DNA of 63,931 nt, counting the filler, from Octopus bimaculoides (taxonomy: Eukaryota): NCBI RefSeq assembly GCF_001194135.2. It is 6 parts of 6 records of this genome, joined end to end, with 100 filler letters (N's around TTAATTAATTAA, not from the genome) between each part and the next. Parts side by side here need not be neighbours in the genome. Positions count along the whole stretch, not along the records: positions 1 to 5,786 come from NC_069001.1; positions 5,887 to 9,300 come from NW_026367879.1; positions 9,401 to 38,789 come from NC_068989.1; 3 more parts are not named here. The stretch is one strand, 5' to 3'. A model generated the notes under the pieces. That model made no database searches, had not been told where the DNA came from, and saw only the letters and a list, made by a program, of their open reading frames with translations. Position 1 is the first letter of the stretch. The number at the start of each line of letters is the position of its first letter. Below, one piece after another: positions 1 through 12,034 of this stretch. Position numbers and translations under genes: made by a program.

Positions 1-99
1 AAACTGGAATCTGGTTTTGTCTTCCATTATTCTCCTGTCAGTCTAAGCATAGAACTTTTTTTTTTTTGCTAATGTGTGGTGCATAAGGAAAGAAAGTAC

Positions 100-525
100 C
101 AGTAACATACTGTGCTGTGTTCATTGCAACATACATGACATAGTAAGGATGTCCCCAGACTTGACTATCCCGGATTTTTTTTTTGTGGTGATACCTGAAA
201 GGGAGGGTTTACATCAACAAACCGGAGACCCTGGTGCAACTGAAGGAGAACATCAATAGAGAAATCAGAGAAGTGGGGTCTGAAACTCTTGAGGGTGTTA
301 TGGTGCCAGTTTTGGAAAGAGCATGGGTGTGCAGAGCCGAAAATGGTTGCCATTTAAGCAATATCATTTTTCATATGTAATGTCCTGGTGTTGCAAAATT
401 TAACTTGTGCATATTAATTTCCATTCTGTCCTTTATGTCGGATCAAAATTTCATGCTTTTATTTGTGAAGTGAAGGAAGTTATTAAAAAATTGAAACCCA
501 TCAGGGTCTTTTGGGACAATCTGTA
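100..525 (+). mobile_element. Tc1/mariner-superfamily transposon, 3' fragment (degenerate transposase C-terminus plus right end)
   Basis: Frameshifted translation gives SPDLTIPDFF...YLKGRVYINKPETLVQLKENINREIREV...GCHLSNIIFHM*, matching the SPDLxPxDFFLWGYLK..VY.NKP motif. The element ends ...caatctg|TA at 523-525. Confidence 0.7.
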
Positions 526-839
526 TATATACACACATATGTGTGTGTGTATGTATATATATATCAAAAGTCAATAAAAGAAAATGGAGAAGAAAAATTA
601 AAAAGATGTTTGGTTTGTTTTACTTGTATTACAGTTGGAAAAGTAATGCAACTTAAAAGACGAAAAAATATATCTATAAGAGTATAAAAGGAACAGCATC
701 AACAAGCAAAATAACCTAAAAATATTTTTTAAAAATAGATATTGCTTCCTCAGATTATATATATATATATGTGTGTATATATCTTTTGTCTTCTACTAGT
801 TTCAGCCCAGGGCTGAGGTGATGCTGGTGCACCACCTGT

Positions 840-1372
840 AGTTACTTGGTATTGTTTCCAGTATTGTTCTTGGTGAAGAAGCGAGTTGGATGGAGCTGCT
901 CTTCTTTGCATCTCCTCCTGTGATGTGGGTTCATCTGGTATCTCAAATAGAAACCTGTTCAGACATTTCTTGAAAACATCCACATCAACACCTTGTAGAT
1001 CTCTAAAGTTGCCTGGCAGGATGTTGAACAATTGCCAGCCCTTGAAACCCAGACTATTGCAGTACTGTGTCCTGTTTTAGATGGAGAAGATGGGATCTTT
1101 GGTATGATGCAATGCTGTCCAGTTCCAAAATTGGGAGCTAAACCCTCCAAGATCTTCAGGGAATACAGACTCTGCTCTTTTAGCTTCTCCCAGTCGCCCA
1201 TCTTTTGCATGAAGTTAGTCTTCTTCGTCTATTGGCACTGGATTGTTTCGAGTTCTACAGTTTGTTTCACACTCCCTCGGGGACAATAGTTGGGAGCAGT
1301 AGTTCAAGCGGCTGAGAACTAAAGTCCTCTATGGGAGTAGCAGGGCCTCCCTTTTCGTGGTTCAGAACCGGA
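840..1372 (-). mobile_element. CR1-clade LINE, ORF2 3' fragment
   Basis: Minus-strand peptides RTLVLSRLNYCSQLLSP, WEKLKEQSLYSL, KILEGLAPNFG and FNILPGNFRDLQGVDVDVFKKCLNRFLFEIPDEP...RAAPSNSLLHQ are typical of the CR1/L2-group ORF2 C-terminus. Confidence 0.8.
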
Positions 1373-1378
1373 AGTAAT

Positions 1379-3060
1379 TGTACATTGATAAATAGAATTA
1401 CTGCTAAGAAAACGAATGCGATTGGAGTTGACTTCAGAAACAAGAACCCCGCTGTTAATATTATTTAAAGAATGGTTATTATTAATAAAAATTAATGTTA
1501 GTATTTTCTTTAAGTGGATTTGTATTTAACAACTTATTATGCGAAGAGATGATTTGTGAAAGATTTTTTGTGTTAAAAAATCCTTTCCTAAATCGGCGTG
1601 AGTTAATAATCGAATAGTATCTTGAATTTCGTGGGAAATTCTTTTCTATAGCTTCAGGAAACTGGTGACAGAGGTTGAATTTGATCTGCTTACCATATGG
1701 AATTATTAATCAAACAGTTTTGCTAGGACATACTTTGTTATTAGGGTAATTATCTTAAAAGTCCTCGATGTACTTTTATAATGGAAAAAAAAGGGTTTTA
1801 AATAACGGTTATCTCCCTTAGACTGCAAAAAAAACCCGAGTTTGCGGGTCGGACCCGGCGGAATAGTCACGCTCTAGGTGAGCCTCTCGATTTCGTGTTG
1901 TTATTCGAAATAAAATTAAAACTTAATATCGTTACAACTTGAATTCATGTCCTGATTAATAGAGCTGGAATTAATGTCAATAGGGTTAATAAAGGTAAGT
2001 TTTTCTTTATAGCCTGCTTTAAGTTAGGCAGAGTTATAAAATTCAACTTTATTGTTGAAGATATCAACATTAGCAAATAATCTAGAAAGTTTAAGTGAAA
2101 TATTCCTAACTAAATTCTTTGTAATAGCCTTAGAGTGATTACTGAAAAAGCTAATATATTTTAAATTAGTTGAGGGTTTGTGGTATGGGAAATACGAATC
2201 ATTATGCAAGTTATGGGTAATATCCCAAAAGTTGGCTTTAGTTATATTATCATCAAAAACAATATTTTCTTACAACTTCAAGCATTGTCCATCTTTTACA
2301 TCTTACAATTTACCGTTATAACAACAAATTTTTATCGTTACAACTGCTGGCTCTGACATTTCATATTATTGTGTACCTAATAAATCTTACCCGTTACAAT
2401 TGGTGACTCTCGACTTCAACTAAAAACTTAACCGTAACAACTGGTGACCCCGAACAAGAGAACTGCAGCTTTCCCAAGAACTAACCGCAACAAACTGGTG
2501 ACTCCGTGGAAAAAGAATCGCTGCTTTCTGAAGCTGCATTACCAACAAATTGGTGATTCCGACGTTGCACCATAACAGGCATCGCTACAAAAACAAATCT
2601 TTCATCGCTTACAACTAGTAACCTCTACCGTTACAAATTGGTGAACCCCGTGTAAAGAGAATTACTACCTTCCGACGCTACATGCCGCTGCATTTTTGCT
2701 GATTCGAACTAAAGAACTAGAATATCAATAGTCGCTAAACCAAAGAGAAAAATAATGACAACCTTCGTCACCACCAAGATGCACCCTCCTTCGACCTGCT
2801 ACAAAAAGCTCTATACTGCGATGCACTTCACAACAATGCAACACTGCACAAGGAGTTTGCGGACCATAGAAGCCGATAAATGTATCATTTCGACAGCTTC
2901 ATGCCCAGAAACTAACTGGGAGCACATGCGTACAACGTTTTCACAGCAAACTCGAACAAGAAGCGGGGGAAGACTCCGCTGCTCGGCGAAATACATACAA
3001 GTTTTCGATTTCAAAAAATTCCAGGTGAGTGATTTACAGGCACCAATGCCTTAATTTCTA
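1379..3060 (+). mobile_element. Probable LTR retrotransposon remnant (LTR/5' leader plus degenerate internal start)
   Basis: Repeated ...CGTTACA LTR-end-like motifs are followed by tRNA-Trp PBS-like TGGTGACCCCG. AATAAA occurs near 1910 before ATCGTTACA. No second LTR and no recognisable gag/pol were found. Confidence 0.45.
2334..2652 (+). other. Tandem array of ~7 degenerate LTR-end + tRNA-Trp primer-binding-site units
   Basis: Units of CCGT(T/A)ACAA(C/AT)-TGGTGA(C/T)(C/T)CCG occur at ~2334, 2391, 2432, 2485, 2541, 2606 and 2628. TGGTGACCCCGACGT is the complement of the metazoan tRNA-Trp 3' end. Confidence 0.7.
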
Positions 3061-4198
3061 CACGAACAGCTACACACCTTATTTATTTATATTTTTCTTT
3101 CCACTGAACTTCACAAGGACCGTAACTGTAACACTTACATTGCATTAATTCAAATTCTTGTTTGTCATATTAAATTAAAATTGATTTTGCTTACATTCTG
3201 TCAGATTCAAATGAACTGAACATTTATTCATAACCTGAATTTTTTTTTGCCTGCCTTCTCAATTTTATTCATATTTTGCACTTCCACTTTCTTTCAGTCG
3301 CACGTTGCATTTTGCATGTATATATATTTTTTTCTCCTTCACTTTGAAAATGTATTGTTGCATATACACACGCATGCACCTTTCCTCAACACCTGGCCTT
3401 GCGCATGCATCTGCACACATGATTCATACACACAGGCTAACTATGTCACATTCATGCACCACACATGCCTATTTCGCTTGTTTTCCATGCTCAATGCGCC
3501 CTTGTAGACACAACTCACCTCTGTAAGACCCTAGGTCGGTCACGCAAACATAGAGAATGTTGTTTGTCCCTTACAACGTGCCAGCATGTCACACTTTTGT
3601 TCCTGCACGATCGAGGCATATAATACCGCATGCACAGGCTTGCAGCATCAGCCTTACTGCATTAATCACTGGCATATTAAATACTGTACACTGTATTTGT
3701 AATCAATGCACTAGCATTAGCTTCCGCCTTGCAAGCCCTATTGCACACATGCATCTCTATTATGCATCTACTGTCTTGTTTTGCAACATGTCTGTATTAG
3801 ATCAATTCTTCTTCCAACTCGAAGCATGTCGAATGATCACATGCTCTACGCTCATGTTTAGACATAATTTCACTATAATTATTTTCTTTAGACTACCTCT
3901 CACTTGGCTACCATCAACCTCTTGATTACATCACATCTTTACTACATAACCACCATCATTAGCATTTAATGTATAAAGTTATCTTATCGTTCATCTCTCA
4001 TTCACTTCATCATAACCTATAATATCGAATAATGTCGACAAATTCTATAAATACAAAGATCAGTTTGGAAAATGTGTAACTTTTATCAGACATTGATCAA
4101 GTCTGTGAATTCTGTAGTTTATGGTTGTGTCAGGACAAGTTTTGGTTAAATGTTCTACATTTAGAATAACAGGAGAATAATTGAAGAGCAAAACCACA

Positions 4199-4204
4199 TT
4201 TATT
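4199..4204 (-). terminator. Candidate polyadenylation signal of the zinc-finger gene
   Basis: AATAAA on the minus strand ~210 nt downstream of the stop codon. Confidence 0.35.
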
Positions 4205-4415
4205 TCAATTTCAAGTAATTAAGAATATTTACAAAGAATAACAAGGTCAGAACTCAAGATCTTGGGTCTCAAAACTGAGATGACAAAAGACAGAGAAAAT
4301 GTGCTATCTTTTGTCACCAATATATCAAACCCATACCAGCATATGGGAGGGACATTAAAGAACATGTGATAAAGATTCATAAATTGTGTCAGCCACTTAC
4401 TTAGGCCATACAACT

Positions 4416-5669
4416 TCAGCTAATGATACATACATGTGTAGTTAAATGAGATTTTTGAGAGAATGATCTACCACAGTTATCACAGTGATATGGCTTCTCT
4501 CCAGTATGAATACGCTTGTGAATAGTTAAGTTAGTACTTCCAGAGAATGATTTACCACATATATCACAATGATATGGTTTTTCTCCTGTATGAATATATT
4601 TGTGTTTAGTTACAGCACTGCTTACAGAGAACATTTTACCACAGATATCACAGTGATAAGGCTTCTCACCTGTATGAATACGTTTGTGAGTATTTAAGTC
4701 ACCATTTCCAGAGAATGATTTACCACAAATACCACAGTGATATGGCTTTTCTCCTGTATGAATACGTTTGTGTTTGGTTCTAGCACTACGTCCAGAGAAT
4801 GATTTACCACAAATATCACAGTGATATGGCTTCTCTCCGGTATGAATACGTTTGTGTTTACTGATATGACTACTGACAGAGAATGATTTACCACAGATAT
4901 CACAGTGATATGGCCTTTCTCCTGTATGAATACTTTTGTGAGTAATTAAGCTACCATTTTGAGAGAATGATTTACCACAGATATCACAGTGATATGGTTT
5001 CTCTCCAGTATGAATACGTTTGTGAGTAGCTAAGTCACCACTTTGAGAGAATGTTTTACCACAGATATTACAGTGATATGGTTTCTCTCCTGTGTGAATA
5101 CGTCTATGATTAGTTAAGTGACCTGGTGCAGCAAATGATTTTCTGCAGACATCACAATGAAACGGTTTCTCTCCAGTATGAGTGCGTTTGTGGGAAGTTA
5201 ACTCACTCCTTCCAGAAAATGATTTACCACAGATATCACAGTGATATGGTTTCTCTCCAGTATGAATATATTTGTGTTTAGTTACAGCATTACTTACAGA
5301 AAAAGATTTACCACAGATATCGCACTGATATGGTTTCTCTCCTGTATGAATGTGCGTGTGAGAAATTAATTCACTACTTTGAGAGAAAGATTTACCACAG
5401 ATATTACAGACATATGGTTTCTCACCTGTATGAATACGTTTGTGTGTAGTCAAGTGACTACTTTGAGAAAATGATTTACCACAAATATCACACTGATGTG
5501 GTTTCTCTCGTGTATGAATGTATTTCTGTTTCCTTAAGTGACTAGTTTGCGAGATTGATTTACCAGAGATATCAGAGTGATTTAATGTTTTTTCTTTCTC
5601 TATGTCATTAGGAAAATCAATATTTTTCGACTTTGTTTCACATCTATCCTTGAGTTCATCTTGCATCAT
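4416..5669 (-). CDS. Tandem C2H2 (Kruppel-type) zinc-finger protein, 417 aa, single coding exon
   Basis: Twelve intact CxxC-x12-HxxxH fingers with TGEKP linkers, plus a decayed N-terminal finger and a C-terminal finger lacking its last His. An in-frame TAA lies directly before the ATG. No KRAB/SCAN/BTB domain is seen. Confidence 0.93.
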   Translation of the reverse strand: MMQDELKDRCETKSKNIDFPNDIEKEKTLNHSDISGKSISQTSHLRKQKYIHTREKPHQCDICGKSFSQSSHLTTHKRIHTGEKPYVCNICGKSFSQSSELISHTHIHTGEKPYQCDICGKSFSVSNAVTKHKYIHTGEKPYHCDICGKSFSGRSELTSHKRTHTGEKPFHCDVCRKSFAAPGHLTNHRRIHTGEKPYHCNICGKTFSQSGDLATHKRIHTGEKPYHCDICGKSFSQNGSLITHKSIHTGERPYHCDICGKSFSVSSHISKHKRIHTGEKPYHCDICGKSFSGRSARTKHKRIHTGEKPYHCGICGKSFSGNGDLNTHKRIHTGEKPYHCDICGKMFSVSSAVTKHKYIHTGEKPYHCDICGKSFSGSTNLTIHKRIHTGEKPYHCDNCGRSFSQKSHLTTHVCIIS

Positions 5670-5830
5670 TTATCACAATACTCAGATATTTTCCTTGGCT
5701 TTGCTTTTATATTTTATTCCTGACAAATATTTCTTCTGCTCCTCTTCATACACTGTGGTCTTTGTCAATATTTGAAGATGTAGCAANNNNNNNNNNNNNN
5801 NNNNNNNNNNNNNNNNNNNNNNNNNNNNNN

Positions 5831-5842
5831 TTAATTAATTAA
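5831..5842. other. Assembly gap spacer TTAATTAATTAA (artefact; also at 9345, 38834, 56134 and 62484)
   Basis: The identical 12-mer sits in the middle of five N runs. It is self-complementary with stops in all six frames. Confidence 0.9.
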
Positions 5843-6601
5843 NNNNNNNNNNNNNNNNNNNNNNNNNNNNNNNNNNNNNNNNNNNNATATATATATATAT
5901 GCGTGCCTATCTCTGTGTATACATACATACACCCTACAACAATTAGTTTCACATGCACAAAGCCTGATTGAAAGTTCAAAATATTTAGAAATATTTCAAA
6001 TGTCATTACAAGAAATATAAATTTTTCGTTTCTCTTGTCATTTCGGCATCGTTTCAACATTCTGCTCGGGCGAGTGATTTACCTTCATATTGTTCCTTTG
6101 ACCATTTAGCTACGTTCCTTTATTTAATGCTTCCAAAATCTGAGGACATTCTTTTCACCTTTTAATATTGCCTTCTCCCTAAATTATACACCTGTCAGAT
6201 ATCCAGACACAAATTCATAACCTAACCTCCTTCATTTGTGAAAACGTGATAAAGTTATACCCTTAATGTGAACTGTTGTTTAGTTGTTTCTGCAAAATGT
6301 ATACCGGTTACATACAAATTTCGTCTCAGTTGATACTGTTTCACAAAAAAGCTTCTGTAAAGAAAAATTGGTCTTCAATATTTGCTCAGACTCAGGGTTC
6401 AACTGATGAGGAGGTCAACTTTGCATTTCATCGTTTTGGGAAGTTGATACCAAAAAAGTACCAATCAAGATGGTGCCTTTAACTTCAAGTTGAATATTAC
6501 TGAGTATCATCGCCCCCTTACACATGGTGGACTCGTGGCGTATAAATTGGAAAAAAGAAAAAAAAACCCATTACCGTCATCATCGTCGAAACTAATAATG
6601 A

Positions 6602-6654
<53 letters not shown>

Positions 6655-6758
6655 CATCAGCTATTTATACGTGAAACGGTGCCATTCCCGCGAGGAAGCG
6701 CATTGTGACCATCGGTGTATGAACACATAGGACCCTCTGATCGATAATGATATATATG

Positions 6759-6881
<123 letters not shown>

Positions 6882-7770
6882 TTATATATGTATGTTTGAA
6901 TATATATATATATGGACTGGTCTTCCGTACAGTTTTTATCAACCATTTTCACTGGGAAGGCATTAATCGACCTCGGGCTGTTTTAGCAAACACTTGCCTA
7001 AGGTGTTACTCAAAGGAACCGATCTCAAAACCACGCGGTTTCGAAGACAACATTCTTAATCAGTCTGCCATATATTCACTTTTGCCTTTATTTATTTATT
7101 TTTTTTTCGGGATACCGTCTCTCGTTAAGAGGGGAAAATTTTCATCGTATTTCAACGATGGGAGATCAGATCCATTTTAAAGTGTCATAAAAACTGCGGC
7201 GGGAGCAGTTTTGTATGGTTGTGTGTAGCTGAAGATGACTCTCTTGTTATTCAGAGTTTCCTGTCGGGGAGCTGCCAAGTACTCTACAGGGAGGCAGGGA
7301 TGCGACAGTCGTAAAGGGAGCTGACAAAATGCGATGTTTAATGAAGTTAAGAAGGTTTCCAATACGTTAAGCGTGTTGAACAGAGTGAATGATGGGAGCG
7401 GGGGAAAAAGGATTATGTTTACGCTATCATTATTTTGTTCGTTTATCACTAAGGGGAGTGTGCCAAAGAATTCTAACTAATACAACCTTTCGTAAAGTAG
7501 GGAGTGTATGTTTGATCGGCGACTTTTTACGTATATGTTATATGTGTACATAGATGCATAGACACAGAGAACATACATGCATACACACATATCTGTATGT
7601 GAGTGTGTGTTTGTACATACTCACGAATATGTATGTGTGTATGAGGAATAGTAGCTACGCATATTTAGTGCACATACCATCGATTATCTTATATAATTCA
7701 AAGACTTCATTATCAATTGATTGACCATTTTTCGTTTACAACCATAAAGATACGTGCCTGTGTAGGTGTA

Positions 7771-7870
<100 letters not shown>

Positions 7871-7881
7871 GCATGCGTAAA

Positions 7882-8109
7882 TACAAGGTGGGTGGGTGCT
7901 AAAAAGGTCCTGGCTTTTAAGGATATGGCGAAAGGTCAGGTTCGGGGCCCCCAACTTCCGAGTTCTGTTATAGGGGTTAGAAAACCTGAAGGATCGCTGC
8001 AATAAGTGTGTGAATCTGAGAGGGGAACATGTTGAATAGAATCATAATCAACTGATCCTCCTGTATTTTCTTTTAACCCAAACAAGGAACTCTGCAGATA
8101 CCCCTCGTA
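7882..8109 (+). mobile_element. Mariner internal-deletion derivative (~230 bp)
   Basis: TA-flanked imperfect TIRs (tacaaggtgg... / ...cccctcgta). The interior retains the transposase C-terminus LKDRCNKCVNLRGEHVE*. Confidence 0.65.
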
Positions 8110-8133
8110 AATGTATGTATATGTATATATATG

Positions 8134-8188
<55 letters not shown>

Positions 8189-8556
8189 GCGTGTGTGTGT
8201 GTGTCTGTATGATTTGATCTGATTTGATCTAGTTTCACCTCATGAGCTGTGGCCATGCTGGGACACCGCCATTTGGTGTTGCTACATAATATTACTTCAC
8301 TAATGCTTTTTAGAAATTGACCTTTGGTGCATGTGGGAGTTTGATGCCGCTGCCCTCATCTGCACCTCTTACCGTGAAGTAAACAGGAGTTGCAGATGCA
8401 TATATATATATATATATATATATATANNNNNNNNNNNNNNNNNNNNNNNNNNNNNNNNNNNNNNNNNNNNNNNNNNNNNNNNNNNNNNNNNNNNNNNNNN
8501 NNNNNNNNNNNNNNNNNNNNNNNNNNNNNNNNNATATATATAATAATAATAATAAC

Positions 8557-8599
<43 letters not shown>

Positions 8600-9264
8600 T
8601 TAGGGATAAAAATCCAAATTTACAGGTAAAATCTCAATTAAATTCAATTCATCAAAAATTAAAATTAAGTTTCACAGTATTTTTCTTTATGTCACTGTGG
8701 ATTTTCATGGATGAGTTCATGAACTTTGGTTCTTTTCTCTAAATTATATATTTATATATATATATACGCACACATGTATACATATACGTATTTATACATT
8801 TATGTTGGTATATATAATACACACACTCACACATATATACATATGTATGCACCCCACCATATATGTATGTGTATATGTATGTATCTACGTAACCTATGTA
8901 ACGTTTAAATATTTGAAATGGGATTTTGTAATCTGAACATATAAAACGAAAAACTAAGATCAAATGCTCATTTATTGATGCTTCATATTAACCACCAAGA
9001 AATTATTAAATTTAGTCCAGCATCTATATGCTTTGAGTTCAATCCCGTACAATATCAGCACCTTGCTACTCTTCTTATAACAATCGATAAAAAAAGTCCT
9101 AACTAATAACAAAATACATGATTGCCTATCTCTATTATTTGCTATATATTTTATTTCCGTCGTTATAATTTCAATATAATTATTTTTGCTAGTGATATGG
9201 TAGGAAGTAAATTGAATGAGATTTAACTGTTAATTTTTAGGAAGTCCAGTGGTATTTTATGGGT

Positions 9265-9300
<36 letters not shown>

Positions 9301-9400
9301 NNNNNNNNNNNNNNNNNNNNNNNNNNNNNNNNNNNNNNNNNNNNTTAATTAATTAANNNNNNNNNNNNNNNNNNNNNNNNNNNNNNNNNNNNNNNNNNNN

Positions 9401-10870
9401 ATTTTAGTCTTATTTATCCTGGGTGTTAACTTCACCGTTAAAGATGTATTATTATTTGGGACCAAGATCGTTTTTATAGAATATTAATTACTCAACTTCT
9501 TACTCATTCTCTCGCTGCTTATTCTATTTAGATCCACCATTTTCCGTTTCCACATTCTAGTTTTATTTTATTAAGCGTTTTGTAATTTACTTTATGCATG
9601 TAATATTCTAGGTTATACGATGTCGCGTACGCTGAGTTCACTTGTAGAAAATATTTTGTTATATTTACTCGATCTACAAAAATGTTTGTCCAATGCGGTG
9701 AAGAATTCCCGTCTCATCCTACATTTTATTTGCAATCCGAGATTGGTTCAAACCGGATAATTTCATCACTTTTTATTTTTCCATTTCTTTTAATATACCT
9801 ATTTGGTTTGTAATTATATGTTATTTCTGTTTCTACTGTATGGCTGTTCTTTCTATCTGCATTTATCTGTCCCTTCCCTTGTATCCTCCCATTCTACATT
9901 ATGCCTCGTATTTGATTCCTAATTTCCTTAGTGTCGGTTTTGCGTTTTCCTATTTCAGTCACTCTCTCGTTCGTTGTTCTTTTGAGGGGTTCTTTACACC
10001 TCAATTATTCCTAATATACCCTCCTTTGTAATATTCTTTTAAAATCTCGAACGGGATATTGATGTAGCGCTGTCCTATTTTGTGCGTATTTTATTTTATC
10101 CTTATATCCCGCCATTGTTTTCCTTGAATATCATTCCGTCAGCGGATAGTCCGGATATACGGTCTGACACACTTTTTGGTATACTTCTCAGCATAGGCTC
10201 AGGGTTATTGGATCCCGCTTCTCACATATTAAGCTTTCATTTTGTTTATGAAAAGGCTCGAATTTCTCTTCCTTGAGGTTAAGTTTCATGTCTAGGAAAA
10301 TTTTTCTTACACCTTTCCATTTTTACGTTGCTACTTCCTCTCAATATAAACAGTGCATCGTCCCTATTTAACCCCCACCTACCAAATTCTGGAACCATGA
10401 TTCTAACTGGGACAGTAAATATTTTCTAACTATATCTGTTATTTGTGCCGAATCACTTGATCTCATTGATATGTCAGAACATACTTCTCAATCCGATCGA
10501 ACACAGTTGCTTTCATATTCTATTATGATACACCAAGCTGCTAATATTACACCTATTTCCTCTCTAGTTAGGTCGGAGTTACATTTCGCGAATAAAAGCG
10601 CATTGATCAAAACCACTGGATTCATTGAGGGGCAATAGTTCGATATATAATGATAATTCAATAATTTGCCTTCAGTGCTCCCGTCTGTTTGGTATTGGTA
10701 TGTCCTTCAATGGTACATCTAAGTTTATTCTTTCCATCCTGCAGTATCTATTTACAGCGACTTTTATCCCTGCATTCGATGTATAAAGTCTAATATATCC
10801 TTTAAGTTCATTTTTGTGGAAAGTTCTATGCTATTTATTTCTACTACCGCTTATCATTCCCAGATTCTAG
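9401..10870 (-). mobile_element. Penelope-like element, degenerate reverse transcriptase to thumb/linker region
   Basis: Minus-strand peptides YCPSMNPVVLINALLFAK; SMRSSDSAQITDIVRKYLLSQL...GVNRDDALFILRG...MERCKK (MGSxDGAEVCELVG and YRDD motifs); IPKSVSDRISGLSAD; and EFFTALDKHF..SSKYNKIFS. Many stops and frameshifts. The 3' end runs into a gap. Confidence 0.82.
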
Positions 10871-10889
10871 AGTAATTTTATGGGATGGT

Positions 10890-11594
10890 TATAGGGTAGG
10901 TTGAATATTGTAATAACAAGAACGTTTAGGAGGAAATCCAGAAACCCTCTAATGCATTGCTACGTACGTTCCCACAAATCGCAAGTATTTCATGTGTATT
11001 CCCCATCGATGGTATATTACACATATAATATACGATATCCATGGACTTTAAGGAGAATATTAATAGATGTATTCGTTTTTTAATATTTTCAGGCAAAATA
11101 TTGCATTAGTATTCTGGCTGTATTGAATGTTTAGCTAAGGAATATTTACAAATTTGCATCAATTAGAAGGTTCTCAAAGCTCGCCACCCCTCACAGCGTA
11201 TATATAATGAAATTAAAACAAAGAAAATCATGAACCGTTTTTTTTACTTCTCCTCTTATATTATTAATTTTTTTCTCTCTTTCTTTTCTCCTATCCACAT
11301 ACGCCCACTTGCACAGGTCTAAATAGAAAGTAAACTACTACATACATCCTTCCTCCAATATTGTTTATATTCTATCTCCGCGGTAACTGCCTGAAAAATT
11401 TTAAAAAACGCATACATCTATTAATATTCTCCTTAAAGTCCATGGATATTGTATATTATATGTGTAATATACTATCGATGGGGAAAGCACATGAAATACT
11501 TGCGACTTGTGGGAACGTAAGTAGCAATGCATTAGAGGTTTTCTGGATTTTCTCCTAAAAGTACTTGTTATTACTATATTCAACCTACCCTATA
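10890..11594. repeat. ~205-bp inverted repeat pair (10890-11095 and 11388-11594), probably PLE 3' end/pLTR copies
   Basis: The arms are reverse complements with scattered substitutions; the ORF track shows near-identical peptides at 10901-11083 (+) and 11401-11583 (-). The unit contains PYRVG and a frameshifted T(C)PH-RKYFM resembling the PLE GIY-YIG C-terminus. Confidence 0.8.
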
Positions 11595-11654
11595 GGGGTA
11601 CTACTCTCTCGGTGTTTCGGCTGTGCCGAGTGTCCGTGGTTTGTAACATATACT

Positions 11655-11929
11655 ATGATTGACCTTATCAAAGGCCTTGGTCAAATTGAGATATATCGCA
11701 TTCATGTTTGAGTGATTCCTTAATTGTTTCAACACTCATTCACAATACTGCGAAAGCTGTGAAGGGCAGATTAATCCAGAACGGAACACATGCTGGATAT
11801 CTGGAAGCATGTCATTAACATTAAGGAACGCAATTGGTCTCCTCCTGACAAAGCATTCCATGACTTTGCTAACATGGGTATTTAGAGTTACAGGTCTATA
11901 AATTTTAGCATCTGCACTGCTAACTCCTT
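11655..11929 (-). mobile_element. CR1-clade LINE RT fragment
   Basis: YRPVTLNTHVSKVMECFVRR...QHVFRSG..C.SQL...IYLNLTKAFDKVNH corresponds to the start of the RT domain. Confidence 0.8.
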
Positions 11930-12034
11930 NNNNNNNNNNNNNNNNNNNNNNNNNNNNNNNNNNNNNNNNNNNNNNNNNNNNNNNNNNNNNNNNNNNNNNN
12001 NNNNNNNNNNNNNNNNNNNNNNNNNNNNNTATAT

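Noticed and set aside
1400-2280. AT-rich stretch that at first resembled a mitochondrial rRNA insertion (NUMT)
   Set aside because: No conserved 12S/16S motifs could be matched. The context (LTR-end and PBS motifs) fits a retroelement leader better.
2334-2652. Repeat-spacer pattern as a CRISPR array
   Set aside because: Eukaryotic context, degenerate repeats and irregular spacing, and no cas genes. Explained by PBS duplication.
5831-5842. Recurrent TTAATTAATTAA palindrome (five copies)
   Set aside because: Always embedded in N runs, so it is an assembly gap spacer and not biological.
6400-6440. Other CTGATGA hits (6403, 20264, 23350, 31830, 54907, 55627)
   Set aside because: No paired stem II followed by GAAA...UH. 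The 31830 hit is the RT YADD codons.
11075-11100. CCTGAAAATATT...CGAATAC in the PLE inverted repeat as a hammerhead
   Set aside because: The core does not match CUGANGA/GAAA, there is no stem II, and it is antisense to the inferred coding direction.
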